Shown: piece after piece, positions 7,334-17,200 of the stretch
Layout of the letters: each line of letters begins with the position of its first letter
Numbering within the stretch: position 1 is the stretch's first letter
NCBI RefSeq assembly: GCF_018398935.1
Contig: NZ_CP074694.1
Location: 4,170,001-4,202,000, forward strand
Length of the DNA: 32,000 bases
Direction: 5' to 3'
Source of the DNA: Telmatocola sphagniphila
Lineage (GTDB): Bacteria; Planctomycetota; Planctomycetia; Gemmatales; Gemmataceae
The notes under the pieces: generated by a model
What the model saw: the letters and a program-made list of their open reading frames with translations, nothing else
What the model was told of the DNA's origin: nothing
The model's database searches: none
Translations under genes and position numbers: made by a program

Positions 7334-8404
7334 TTGCAGTCGCATATGACCTACCCGGCTACTGACACCTGGCAAAAGCAACATCGCCGAACGGCCCTCT
7401 GGATCGTCGGTTTCCTGCTGCTGCTTCAATTGATCATCGGGCTGTTCATCGAAATTGGCCTGCCCGGTGTCCGCGACCCGGAATTTCAAGAACGCCTGGA
7501 AAAACTTCAGACCCGGATCGCCCGCAATCCTCAGAAGCCACTGCTAATGATGCTGGGATCTTCGCGAACCAGTTATTCCTTCGCGGCCAGGGACTTTGAA
7601 CGGCGAACCGACGACGCCGTGGTGGCATTCAACTTTGGTATCCCGGGGGCTGGTCCGGTGATGCAATCGATTCTTCTGAAGCGATTAGACGATGCAGGCA
7701 TCCGTCCCGATCATCTCATCCTGGAAGTGCTGCCGATCCACTACAACGGCGTTGTTCAGCCGCCGTCTGAAGCTCGCATGCTCGACGCCGCTCGGCTCAC
7801 TCTGCACGAACTGGGAGAATCGCACAAATATTTTTCACAATGCGAATCGAGCTGGAAAAAATGGCTCTGGGGCCGGTTACTGCCGACCAATCGCCATCAG
7901 GCGGAACTCCGCGAAGCAACCCATCTGGATACCTCCACGTATTACGACTCCCGGCCGAACGTTCCCCGGGTCGATCAATGGGGCTGGCAGCCGAACGATG
8001 TGCCGAAGGACAAAGCGGAAGCAATCCGACAATTAGCCCATGCCCAGTACGACGAATACTATGCGAAGTTTGAGGTTCTTCCGGGCGCCCGGGAGGCACT
8101 GAACTCGATCCTCCAGTATGCAAACCGCCGGAATATTCGAATAACCTTGATTCTGATGCCGGAGGGGACGGAATTTCGTTCTCTGACGACCGAGGTTGCG
8201 GAGGCCGCTCTTCAGAAATTCTTGAAAGACATTCAGAGTGAAACGTCGGTTGAGATTCTGGACGCTCGGGCCTGGTTGGAAGATGCGGCTTTCTACGACA
8301 TGCATCACGTCAATCCCGGTGGGGGGGTCTCTTTCACGGAACGATTATTTGCCGAATATCACTCTCGGTTAGCGAACTTGACCCAGGTTTCGAAATCGCC
8401 GTAA
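7334..8404 (+). CDS. MBOAT-partner protein, DltD/DUF1574/SGNH-like (putative periplasmic acyl-transfer subunit)
   Basis: 356 aa. One N-terminal TM anchor 'WIVGFLLLLQLIIGLFIEIGL'. 'GSS' at aa 75-77 and 'DMHH' at aa 322-325 resemble the block I Ser and block V Asp-x-x-His of SGNH/DltD-type proteins. The start is TTG 7334, 9 nt after the MBOAT stop, or ATG 7346. The CDS is solid; the family assignment is by motif only. Confidence 0.5.
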   Translation: MQSHMTYPATDTWQKQHRRTALWIVGFLLLLQLIIGLFIEIGLPGVRDPEFQERLEKLQTRIARNPQKPLLMMLGSSRTSYSFAARDFERRTDDAVVAFNFGIPGAGPVMQSILLKRLDDAGIRPDHLILEVLPIHYNGVVQPPSEARMLDAARLTLHELGESHKYFSQCESSWKKWLWGRLLPTNRHQAELREATHLDTSTYYDSRPNVPRVDQWGWQPNDVPKDKAEAIRQLAHAQYDEYYAKFEVLPGAREALNSILQYANRRNIRITLILMPEGTEFRSLTTEVAEAALQKFLKDIQSETSVEILDARAWLEDAAFYDMHHVNPGGGVSFTERLFAEYHSRLANLTQVSKSP

Positions 8405-8460
8405 GATAGAGTGGACGACCTATCCGAAAGCCGATCCATTCGGCATGGAGGAGATAGACG

Positions 8461-9819
8461 ATGTACGAAACAATTCTTCAGTCTGTAGGCCACACCCCTC
8501 TAGTAAAATTACGTCGCGTTACCGAAGGCCTGGCCCCCACAATCGCCGCCAAGGTCGAAGCGATGAATCCCGGCGGCAGCACTAAGGATCGCGTGGCGAT
8601 TGCCATGATTGCCGATGCAGAAAAGCGAGGCTGGCTACGTCCCGGAGGCACGATCATCGAGGCTACCGCTGGCAACACCGGCGTCGGTCTGGCCATGGTC
8701 GCCGCCGTTAAGGGCTATCGGTGTATCTTCGTTCTGCCCGACAAAATGAGTAACGAGAAGATTGCGTTGCTCAAAGCATACGGCGCTGAGGTTGTCATTA
8801 CCCTCACCAATGTGGCACCCGATTCTCCCGAAAGTTACAACGGCGTGGCCGATCGTCTTGCCCGAGAAATTCCGGGAGCGTGGCGACCCAATCAGTTCAC
8901 TAATCTGTCCAATCCCGAGATTCACTATCGAACCACGGGCCCGGAAATCTGGGAGCAAACCGAAGGACGCATCACCGCACTCGTCGGAGGTGTTGGTACG
9001 GGAGGTACCTTATCTGGGGTGAGCAAATATCTGAAAGAAAGAAATCCCGACATCAAAATCATCGGTGCGGATCCGGAAGGTTCAGTACTATCCGGTGGTG
9101 CCCCGCACGGCTGGAAAGTCGAAGGCATCGGCGAAGATTTCGTTCCCAAAACTTTCAACAGTCAACTGGTAGACGACTGGGTGCGCGTCAGCGATGCGGA
9201 ATCGTTCCACATGGCCCGCGAAGTCGCTCGCCGGGAAGGTATTCTCGTGGGTGGATCCTGCGGGACCGCGATTGCCGCGGGGCTGCGTTATGCTCGCCGA
9301 CTGACGGCCGACGATTTCATGGTCATCATCTGCCCCGATACCGGGCGAAACTACATGAGCAAGTGCTTCGACGACAACTGGCTGGCCGCCAACAAACTCC
9401 AATGGGAAACGCACACGCCCCATACGGTTGGCGACCTCATCAAGAAGCGTGGCGACCGGCATTTGATCACCATCACCCCGCAAGCTTCCGCGGCCGATGC
9501 GATTGAAATCTTTCAAAAAGCCGGGATTTCACAGCTTCCCGTACTCGAAGGTGGCAAGCCGGTCGGTAGCGTGCAAGAGGTCACTATCGCTCGTTTATTG
9601 CATGATCATCGCAATCCAGAGGAAGTTCCCGTTGGGGAAATCATGGGTAAGCCCTTGCCTCAGTTGGAACTGATCACGCATTTGGATGAAGCGTACCGGC
9701 TCCTGCTCTCGGGTAACACCGGAATCTTGGCCCTTCAGGATGGGCATGTGGTCGGCATCGTCACTCGAATCGATCTGATCGATTACTGGACACCGAAGCG
9801 CAGCCCGGCCGCCGCCTGA
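8461..9819 (+). CDS. cystathionine beta-synthase-type PLP enzyme (cysteine synthase fold plus C-terminal tandem CBS/Bateman domain)
   Basis: 452 aa. PLP Lys in 'NPGGSTKDR' (K42). Canonical substrate loop 'ATAGNTGVGLA'. 'GGVGTGGTLSG'. A C-terminal region of about 125 aa has two CBS-motif-like repeats ('ISQLPVLEGGKPVGSV', 'ILALQDGHVVGIVTRIDLI'). GGAGGAG Shine-Dalgarno upstream. Confidence 0.85.
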   Translation: MYETILQSVGHTPLVKLRRVTEGLAPTIAAKVEAMNPGGSTKDRVAIAMIADAEKRGWLRPGGTIIEATAGNTGVGLAMVAAVKGYRCIFVLPDKMSNEKIALLKAYGAEVVITLTNVAPDSPESYNGVADRLAREIPGAWRPNQFTNLSNPEIHYRTTGPEIWEQTEGRITALVGGVGTGGTLSGVSKYLKERNPDIKIIGADPEGSVLSGGAPHGWKVEGIGEDFVPKTFNSQLVDDWVRVSDAESFHMAREVARREGILVGGSCGTAIAAGLRYARRLTADDFMVIICPDTGRNYMSKCFDDNWLAANKLQWETHTPHTVGDLIKKRGDRHLITITPQASAADAIEIFQKAGISQLPVLEGGKPVGSVQEVTIARLLHDHRNPEEVPVGEIMGKPLPQLELITHLDEAYRLLLSGNTGILALQDGHVVGIVTRIDLIDYWTPKRSPAAA

Positions 9820-9942
9820 GAATTCTCTTTTTCGCCCATCCTCGCCCCTCGCTTCATGTTGCAAGCTTGTTACACCCATCAAAATTCGCTGGAGTTATAA
9901 TTGCAGGAACTGATCGGCCCTCGTATCGATGGAGCAAGTATC

Positions 9943-10677
9943 ATGAGAATCCTTCGAAAGACTTTTTTCCTCGCGTTAATCCCCTTCGGCCTTATCACGG
10001 GGTTCTCGACAAATCCTTCCGCTCACGCGACGGAAGACCCCAAATCTGATGAGCGGCCTTTCCATAAGGAACTGTTGAAAGCCGCCGCCGAGTACAAAAG
10101 TTGGGGGCGCGTCGACGACGAGTATCGTTGGGCTCCGTGGCTTTGCAGAACTCCTGAACCCGGCCGAGCCCGGGTCAGCGCGAGCAAGGATGAAGCCACG
10201 CATGGACAGAAGATTTATTCGCTGTTCGCCAAAAATCAGCGAGACTATATGAATGTGTTGCCGGAGAAATCGGCGAGAGTCGGACAGATCGTCGTTAAGG
10301 AATCCTGGGTACCCGAAGAGATCACCGATGAAAAGTTAAAGCCGAGCAAGAGCGCCGATTTCAGCAACGTCATCGAAACCAAAGCCACTCCTCAGGCTCC
10401 TCGGGAGTGGAACGAAAAGGACGATCACTTTTACCCCTACGCCTGGAAGGGGGACAAAGTCTTCAAAGCTGCCAAGCAGTCGGATCTATTTGTGATGCTG
10501 AAACTCGATCCCAAAACCGAAGGGACCGATCAGGGTTGGGTGTATGGGACAGTAAGTGCCGATGGCAAGAAAGTGAATTCCGCCGGGAGAATCGAATCCT
10601 GCATGAAGTGCCATGTAGAGGCGAAGGGCGATCGATTATTCGGTCTGCCGGAGTTCACTTTCAGCCGGAAGCCCTGA
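9943..10677 (+). CDS. secreted c-type haem protein, cytochrome P460-like
   Basis: Signal peptide 'MRILRKTFFLALIPFGLITGFSTNPSAHA'. A single CXXCH sits near the C-terminus ('SCMKCHVEAKGDRLFG'), preceded by 'QGWVYGTV', an arrangement reminiscent of the cytochrome P460 family. ATG 9943 is preferred over the TTG 9901 used by the ORF track. Confidence 0.5.
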   Translation: MRILRKTFFLALIPFGLITGFSTNPSAHATEDPKSDERPFHKELLKAAAEYKSWGRVDDEYRWAPWLCRTPEPGRARVSASKDEATHGQKIYSLFAKNQRDYMNVLPEKSARVGQIVVKESWVPEEITDEKLKPSKSADFSNVIETKATPQAPREWNEKDDHFYPYAWKGDKVFKAAKQSDLFVMLKLDPKTEGTDQGWVYGTVSADGKKVNSAGRIESCMKCHVEAKGDRLFGLPEFTFSRKP

Positions 10678-11962
10678 CGAGTCCCTGCTTGCGCTGACCT
10701 GTTCGGCTCACATCCATCACTCGCCCGTTTTCATCGAGAGCCAGATGGAAGCGTTCATCGCCCTGAATGCGGTGCAACGAGAGATGATAGTCCCGGCTGG
10801 CGACTGCCAGATGATGGAGCTTATCGGGGGAATTGGGATTTCTCAATCGACCCCACGAACCATCTCCGAGATAAAGGACGCCGTTCGCGTCGTAGAGTCC
10901 GTTAATCAGCGGTTTGGTGCGTTTGAAAGTATGGTCGTGATGTTCCAGCACAACCGGGACGCGGAAACGTTCGAAGAGCGGAACCCAATATTTGCGATTT
11001 TCCTCGCCCGTACCGGCGAGCGGGGGTTTTCCAATCTTTGCCGGTTCGCCCTCCATCTTGCGGAAAGAGGGATACGAGGGAACGTGGTTGATGGCGAACA
11101 CGTTCGGGCTATCCTGCCGGGCTCGCAGAGTCGATTCCAACCAGTCCGCCTGTTCACCGCCGATCGCCGAAGTATGACCAGTGTCCAGCAGGATCAGGCT
11201 CAAGTAGTCGCCGAAGTCGAGAGAAGCATAGCCCGTTTCAGGATAGAGACCATCGAACAGTGCGTAGAAAAACGGGGCCTGCTCGCGCTTCTGGCCGTAG
11301 CCGCCGTTGGCAACTTCATGGTTGCCGATCCCCGCAATCAGCGGGATTAAGCGGCCATCGCGACCGATCATGTGTTTGCTGTAGTTTCGAAGAAACGCCA
11401 GACTAATATCGACCGATCGGCCGTTGTCGTAACCCAGGTCGCCCCCCACGATGGCGAACATGGGATCCTGCCGCGCGGCCTGAATGTTATTGGCAATCGT
11501 ATGCTCATTAACGCCGCAGTCGCCGCCGGAAATGAAACTGATAGTATCGTTGGCCTTGGCGGGCATGGTCCGGAAACGATAACTGGGGGACTGCTTGCCG
11601 ATGAAGAATTGGTAATCGGTGCCCGGTTTCAGACCGGTCAGCTCCGCGCGGAAGATCTTGTAATCCGTCATCGGATAGGGTTTCAGCACGGGAGATTGAG
11701 CAAAATACTGAACGGGTCCCAAGTTGGTACTGTTCAGGGCGTGGTAGTAAATATTGGTGTCGGCCGTTTCGCCCCTCACTCCCACCCACTGGATGGTCAT
11801 GGTTGTCGTGGGATCGCGCTGCCAGGTCAGAAACAGCGTATTGGGGGTGAAGGTAGGGTCATCGGCGCGAGCGCGGTGAAATGCGTCGGAACCGAGAAAA
11901 GTCGATGCAGTTAGCCCGGTGAGAGAGGTGCCGAGAAACTGTCTGCGAGAAGCGGGAAACAT
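10661..11962 (-). CDS. Tat-exported metallophosphoesterase, purple acid phosphatase-like
   Basis: 433 aa. Twin-arginine signal 'SRRQFLGTSL'. N-terminal FN3-like segment ('TIQWVG...YYH', 'GTDYQF'). Metallophosphatase blocks 'GGDCG', 'GGDLGYDNG', 'GIGNHE', 'VLEHHDH'. The 3' end overlaps the convergent P460-like gene by 17 nt. Confidence 0.8.
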   Translation of the reverse strand: MFPASRRQFLGTSLTGLTASTFLGSDAFHRARADDPTFTPNTLFLTWQRDPTTTMTIQWVGVRGETADTNIYYHALNSTNLGPVQYFAQSPVLKPYPMTDYKIFRAELTGLKPGTDYQFFIGKQSPSYRFRTMPAKANDTISFISGGDCGVNEHTIANNIQAARQDPMFAIVGGDLGYDNGRSVDISLAFLRNYSKHMIGRDGRLIPLIAGIGNHEVANGGYGQKREQAPFFYALFDGLYPETGYASLDFGDYLSLILLDTGHTSAIGGEQADWLESTLRARQDSPNVFAINHVPSYPSFRKMEGEPAKIGKPPLAGTGEENRKYWVPLFERFRVPVVLEHHDHTFKRTKPLINGLYDANGVLYLGDGSWGRLRNPNSPDKLHHLAVASRDYHLSLHRIQGDERFHLALDENGRVMDVSRTGQRKQGLVRASG

Positions 11963-12052
11963 GATCTCGAACTCTAGGTGGGAAAAGCGACTATTGTGGG
12001 TCTAGAGATACAAAATGAGAAATTTATGAGGCAATTCACCGTCTAGGGGATT

Positions 12053-14257
12053 TCAGCCAAAATTCTCAACGGTACCACCGGACTCTCTGGCTCGTCTTTG
12101 AATCAAATCGCAACTATCGGCCAGTTTCTTTAACTGTTCCGGTAGCATAGCTCGCGGCCAGTCGCTATGCGCTAGCAAATCGAGAAAATTTAACCCAGCC
12201 TCGATGACCTCAGCTGAAGAAATCACCGGAGTAGCTGCGAGAGCGAGCGGCGGCTTTTCCTTGGAAATTTCTACCCAATCCCGAAGCGTGTCGATGAAGC
12301 CCGACTGCTCCAGTGCCCGGAAAGTTATCTCATCCCGATCGGATTCAAAAAGAGTAGTGAACAGCTGCTTTTTCACAGCGATTGTTTCAACAACTCTTTC
12401 TTCAATTGTACCCCGGGTAACAAATTGAATATTCTGCACCGGCCGTTCTTGACCCAGGCGGTGAATCCGGGCAACCCGCTGTTCGAGTACGGCCGGGTTC
12501 CAGGGGAGTTCAAGTTGAATTACCGTGTCGGCCACTTGCAGGTTCAACCCCGTTCCACCGGCGTCGGTACTCAAAAACACTCGGCATTCCGGATCGGTCT
12601 GGAATCGCTCGAGAACCGCTTTGCGATCGGGGCCCGATAAGCCGCCGTGGAGAAGGGCGTACGGGATTCTGGCTTTTTCAAGCCGCTCGGCGCAGTGCCG
12701 AAGCATCTGCTCCCATTGGGAAAAGATGATCGTTTTGCGCCCCTCGCCCGCGATGAGCTCTGGCAATAGCTCTTCGAGTTCGTCCAGCTTAGGAGAGATA
12801 TCCTGCGTCGGGTCGATCAGCCGGGTACTGTCGCACACCAATCGCATATAAGCTATGCAAGCGAGAATGCGTTTGCGGTCGATTTCCGTACGAGAGTTCT
12901 TCTGGAGCAACCGGATGAGGGTTGTTCGCTGTTCTTCATAAGGGACTTTTTGTTCCTCCGCCAGGTCGACGCGGATGGTCGTATCGATTCGCGGCGGCAA
13001 CTCCTTCAGAACCTCGGCCCGTGTTCTTCGAAGGAGAATCGGTCGAAGTTTTTCGCGGAGAGCTTCGAGATTTTTATATCCGACCAATTCCCCCTGGTCG
13101 TTGAGAACCCGATGCTCTTCCATGAATTGAAAGGCTGGGCCCAGGCGCCGTTCATCGACAAATTGACAGATACTGAATAGCTCTTCCAGATTATTTTCAA
13201 GCACCGTACCGGTTAGGGCGAAGGCGAATTTGCTGCACAATCTCTTAACGGCCCGGCTGGTCTTCGACTCCCAGTTTTTGATGCGCTGGGCTTCATCGAG
13301 CACGATGAGATCGAATTCGCAAGCGTTGATGAGATCGAAATCCCGAACCACCTGCTCGTAGTTGACCAGTCGATAGAACGAATCCCGGTTGTAAAGATTT
13401 TCTCTAGCGTCCTTGAGCCCTTCAATGACCAGCGCAGTTCGATCTGTGAGACGCTGTATTTCCGATTGCCACTGATATTTCACGGAGGCGGGAGCAACGA
13501 TGAGCACGTTTCGAAGGCCACGCTCGCGAGCCAGGATTTCTACTGCGGCCAGAGTCTGAATGGTTTTCCCCAGACCCATATCGTCGCCGAGAATGGAGCG
13601 CAACCGGGTAGCCAGAAACACGACGCCGCGCAATTGATAGGAATACAAAGGCACCTTCACCAGATCGCGTAATTCCGTGGGAGTTTCGCCGCGGTCCAGA
13701 TGCCAAAGCCAATCGATTTCCTTTTCGCGAAGTAATCGTTTTTCATTGTCTCGATCGATGAAATCGTAAACTTCGGGTGCAACATTAATGACTTCCGCCA
13801 CACTTCCCAGCGCGGTCAGCAGCGATTCGTAGCTGTATTCGCTGTTCCACAGCCCATGGGCATCGAAGTAACGGCGGGCGATCTGTTCCAGGGAATCTGA
13901 TCGCCGGGCAGGTATTGCAAGAGCAACACAAATTTGCTCACCATAGTGCAGATAGAGACTCGGCTGCGTGACGGCGGCTTTTCGCTTCTGAATGTGTTCC
14001 GGAAGTTCTTCCCGCAAATCGTCGAGCACCGCTTCGATGTGCTTGCAGGTACCGAGTGTGTTCGCTTTAAAATCAGGACAGGTGCACGAATTGTCCCCAA
14101 GCTCGAATCCGCGAATGCGGACCGTGTACTGGCCCTCCGTTGCGGGATTTTTGACCAGAAAATCCGAGAAGACTCGATTGCGGCCCAACCGCTCGATTGT
14201 GTAGCGTTCCTGGCGCGCCCGTTCCCGCCGGAGATCGATCTGTTCTTCGCGAAGCAT
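12053..14257 (-). CDS. SNF2 family DNA-dependent ATPase with N-terminal SWIM zinc finger
   Basis: 734 aa. SWIM 'CTCPDFKANTLGTCKH'. Helicase motif I 'DDMGLGKT', II 'DEAQRIKN', III 'LTGTVLENN', V 'STDAGGTGLNL', VI 'WNPAVLEQRVARIHRLGQ'. Confidence 0.9.
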   Translation of the reverse strand: MLREEQIDLRRERARQERYTIERLGRNRVFSDFLVKNPATEGQYTVRIRGFELGDNSCTCPDFKANTLGTCKHIEAVLDDLREELPEHIQKRKAAVTQPSLYLHYGEQICVALAIPARRSDSLEQIARRYFDAHGLWNSEYSYESLLTALGSVAEVINVAPEVYDFIDRDNEKRLLREKEIDWLWHLDRGETPTELRDLVKVPLYSYQLRGVVFLATRLRSILGDDMGLGKTIQTLAAVEILARERGLRNVLIVAPASVKYQWQSEIQRLTDRTALVIEGLKDARENLYNRDSFYRLVNYEQVVRDFDLINACEFDLIVLDEAQRIKNWESKTSRAVKRLCSKFAFALTGTVLENNLEELFSICQFVDERRLGPAFQFMEEHRVLNDQGELVGYKNLEALREKLRPILLRRTRAEVLKELPPRIDTTIRVDLAEEQKVPYEEQRTTLIRLLQKNSRTEIDRKRILACIAYMRLVCDSTRLIDPTQDISPKLDELEELLPELIAGEGRKTIIFSQWEQMLRHCAERLEKARIPYALLHGGLSGPDRKAVLERFQTDPECRVFLSTDAGGTGLNLQVADTVIQLELPWNPAVLEQRVARIHRLGQERPVQNIQFVTRGTIEERVVETIAVKKQLFTTLFESDRDEITFRALEQSGFIDTLRDWVEISKEKPPLALAATPVISSAEVIEAGLNFLDLLAHSDWPRAMLPEQLKKLADSCDLIQRRARESGGTVENFG

Positions 14258-14293
14258 AAATACTCGCTGGGCGCCCGAGACCGGCCAAAAAAT

Positions 14294-17200
14294 TTATTTT
14301 ACCGAATTCATGGCGCTGAGATATCGCTTTACAATCGCTTTGGAAGGAAATTCCACACCCACACCCGCGCGCGGCTTCAACGATTTTTCAAAGAAGCGAA
14401 GTGCTTCCTGATTGTGCCCCGCGTCGAGTGCCATCAGCCCTAATTTAGCCATGATCTCGGATTCGATAACCAGTAAGTTACGCTGTTTTTGAATCGCCGA
14501 GAAATATGACAACTGCAGCATGGAGACGAAATTCCCGCTCGGCTGAAAAGTCAGACTCATCGCAATTTCCCATACTTCCGGCGGCAGGATCTTGAGTGGA
14601 ATTTCCAGTCGAGCCCCCTCGAGCTTCAGCATTTCCGATAGGAAGTTCCGTTGCGAATTGATGGCATCATCCAGTTCGCCCTGAACGAATTTCGCTTGAA
14701 TGAACAGGGGGATGTAGGCAATTTGAAACTGGGGATTTTTCATCAATTCATCGCTCTTCTGCAGTTCCCCCAGGACCTGATAAGCCTCTTCGACCTGACC
14801 GCTTCGGAAATAGAGCGTCGATAGAAAGAGCAATCCATTTATGCGCTTCGCGAAAGTTTCCTTGTCCCAATCGACCTTCTGAAATTCATTGATTGCCTCC
14901 CGAATCAAGCCGAAGTACGGTCGGTTCTCACCTGGAGGGGAGGCGGCTATCATACCCCGGTCGTAGGGATCGTTAACGTGGTTATCCCGAGTGAGATTCT
15001 CGTAGCGATCCTCAATCTTTTTGATGAAATCTCTCGGATGAATCTGCTGGCCCTCCCGACTCGGGAATCGAATGTCATTTTGCAGATGAGTATAAAATTC
15101 CTGCCGCTCTTTATCCGTTCGCAGATTGACGGGCGGATCGATCCAGAACGATTTCAGCATCAACTCGTAAGCCTCGACGGCCAGGTCGTACTCATTTCGA
15201 CTGATGTGAAGTCCATACAGTCGTTCTGCGGCTCCGTAATAGTTAACTTGCCGACGGCGATGCTGTTCCTGCGGGGTCGTCCGGGCCAAAGCGCGATGAT
15301 AGCCCGTGCCGACCATCCAGCCGCGCAGTTCTTCGGTCGTGTCCAAGCCCCCTTCATTGGGTGCATAGGCTCTGGCCAGATAGTAATAGCCGTCCGGGGC
15401 ATCGGGATTTTCGAGGATGGCTCGTCGGGCGGCCCGCACGGCTAGAAGAGGCGTCGCCAGCAGATTCGAATTGTGCGGCAGCGGCGGTACGACTCTGCCC
15501 GTCAGCAAAGCCTCGCGGAGGAGGGCTCCAGATAGGCCATTGCTCAGCAAGGCGCTAATCACACAAGCATTTTGAGAAATCGAGTAGGCCTTCTCAAATT
15601 GAGCCAGTTGAAATTCCACCAGATTGGCCGCTTCATCGACGTATGAGGAGAATTTGCGCGGTCTCTGATGGTAATCTTCCCAGAAGGTGACCGGGGTGGG
15701 AACCGTTACCGGCTCGGTGCTCATCGGAATACTGGTATCGCCGGTGAAAGCCTGCCGAACCGGATCGAACCTCATGGCCGCATATTTCTCAGGAGCGAGA
15801 CTACTCTGAGCATTGAAGCCGAGAAAGTTAACCCGACCTTTAGTATCCCAAAACTGGTACATCGGCGAATCGGGCCGGTTTTTCGGATAATTGACCCGCA
15901 ACAGCAGGCTCAAGCCGCGCAGGTTCTCCTCGCGCGACCCGGAGCTCCAGGCGACAAAGCCGACGTTTAATTTTTCGAAAAACGCTTTCAGATTGAAATC
16001 GGATAAGACCAATTGAAAGTCGGCGCTGACGGTAGGACGGGTGGTCATCACGGCCGCCACGTAGTTTTCCACGATATCGAGGTTGTGAGTAAATCGAAAA
16101 TCGAAATAGTGGCGTTCCCCAGGGCAGAACCAGTCGCAATAGTACGAGAAATCGGGCGAGAAGATGAAGGAACGTACTTCGGGAGGAATCTTTCCGCTGT
16201 CGCGCCATTCTTTCAACTGCAGTGCTGCGCGTTCCAGACCATTATCGACTTCAATTTCCCAGGCGACTCTTTGCGCACGCTGGGGAATGTCCCAATTGAC
16301 GTGCAGCCAGCCGGGCCAGGAAGCAAAAAGTAAACCGGCCATTAGTATCGTGGTGATAAAGCGACCTCCCAACCGAGCCGTTCGCAGGGACCGTCTAGTA
16401 TTCTCATCCAGAGTCGCCGTTCGCAATCGATCGGCCGTCATCGCCAAATAATGGGCGGCGATGGGAGCCATCGCCATTCCCAGAAAAGGGAGCGCTCGGG
16501 CAAACCGCAGGGCGACGACGAATAACAAAACGAGGATGAAGACGTGCCCCAGGTGAAGCCTTCTCAAGTTGGTCAGAAAGCCAATGAGGGTCATGAGCGT
16601 CAACAAAATGAATGCCAAGGTCTGGGGCACAACACCGCTTTGCAAGTTGAAGCTCAAAACTCCATCATCGAGCAACCCTCTAAAGAAGGCGCGGTATTCG
16701 GGGAGCGTCAGAACTTCGCGTAGCGTTTCCGATGTCAGCTCCGCCGGGATTTGCCAGACATGATAATGGTGCGGATTCACCAGGCAGGCCAGGCTACTGA
16801 CAATCATAGCAATTCCCGACTGCCGACCCGACTTTTTGAGCAGATCGCCGATGAACAGGAGAAGAAGAATCGCGGGTCCCAGGATAAACCATTGATCGAC
16901 GTTCGCCCACAAGCAGAAGATCACCGGGAAAAGGAATTTCCATTTTGTCGAATCGACTCGCAACAAGATTACAACTGTTGCGGCCACACCCGCCATGGAG
17001 AAGAGAGTCGGCTGGAGGAGCAAACGGGGGCCGGCAATGAGAATTCCCAGGGAGGTGCAAACCGCGAACAACCAGAGTGGCTGCCCTTTCCGGGCGGTGA
17101 GGAAGACGATTCCCGCCATCAGGGCAATGCCCAATGCTTTTAGCATGACCAGGGCCGGAGCGCCGGCCTTGGAGTAAAGCTGATAAATAATCCAGTCGAA

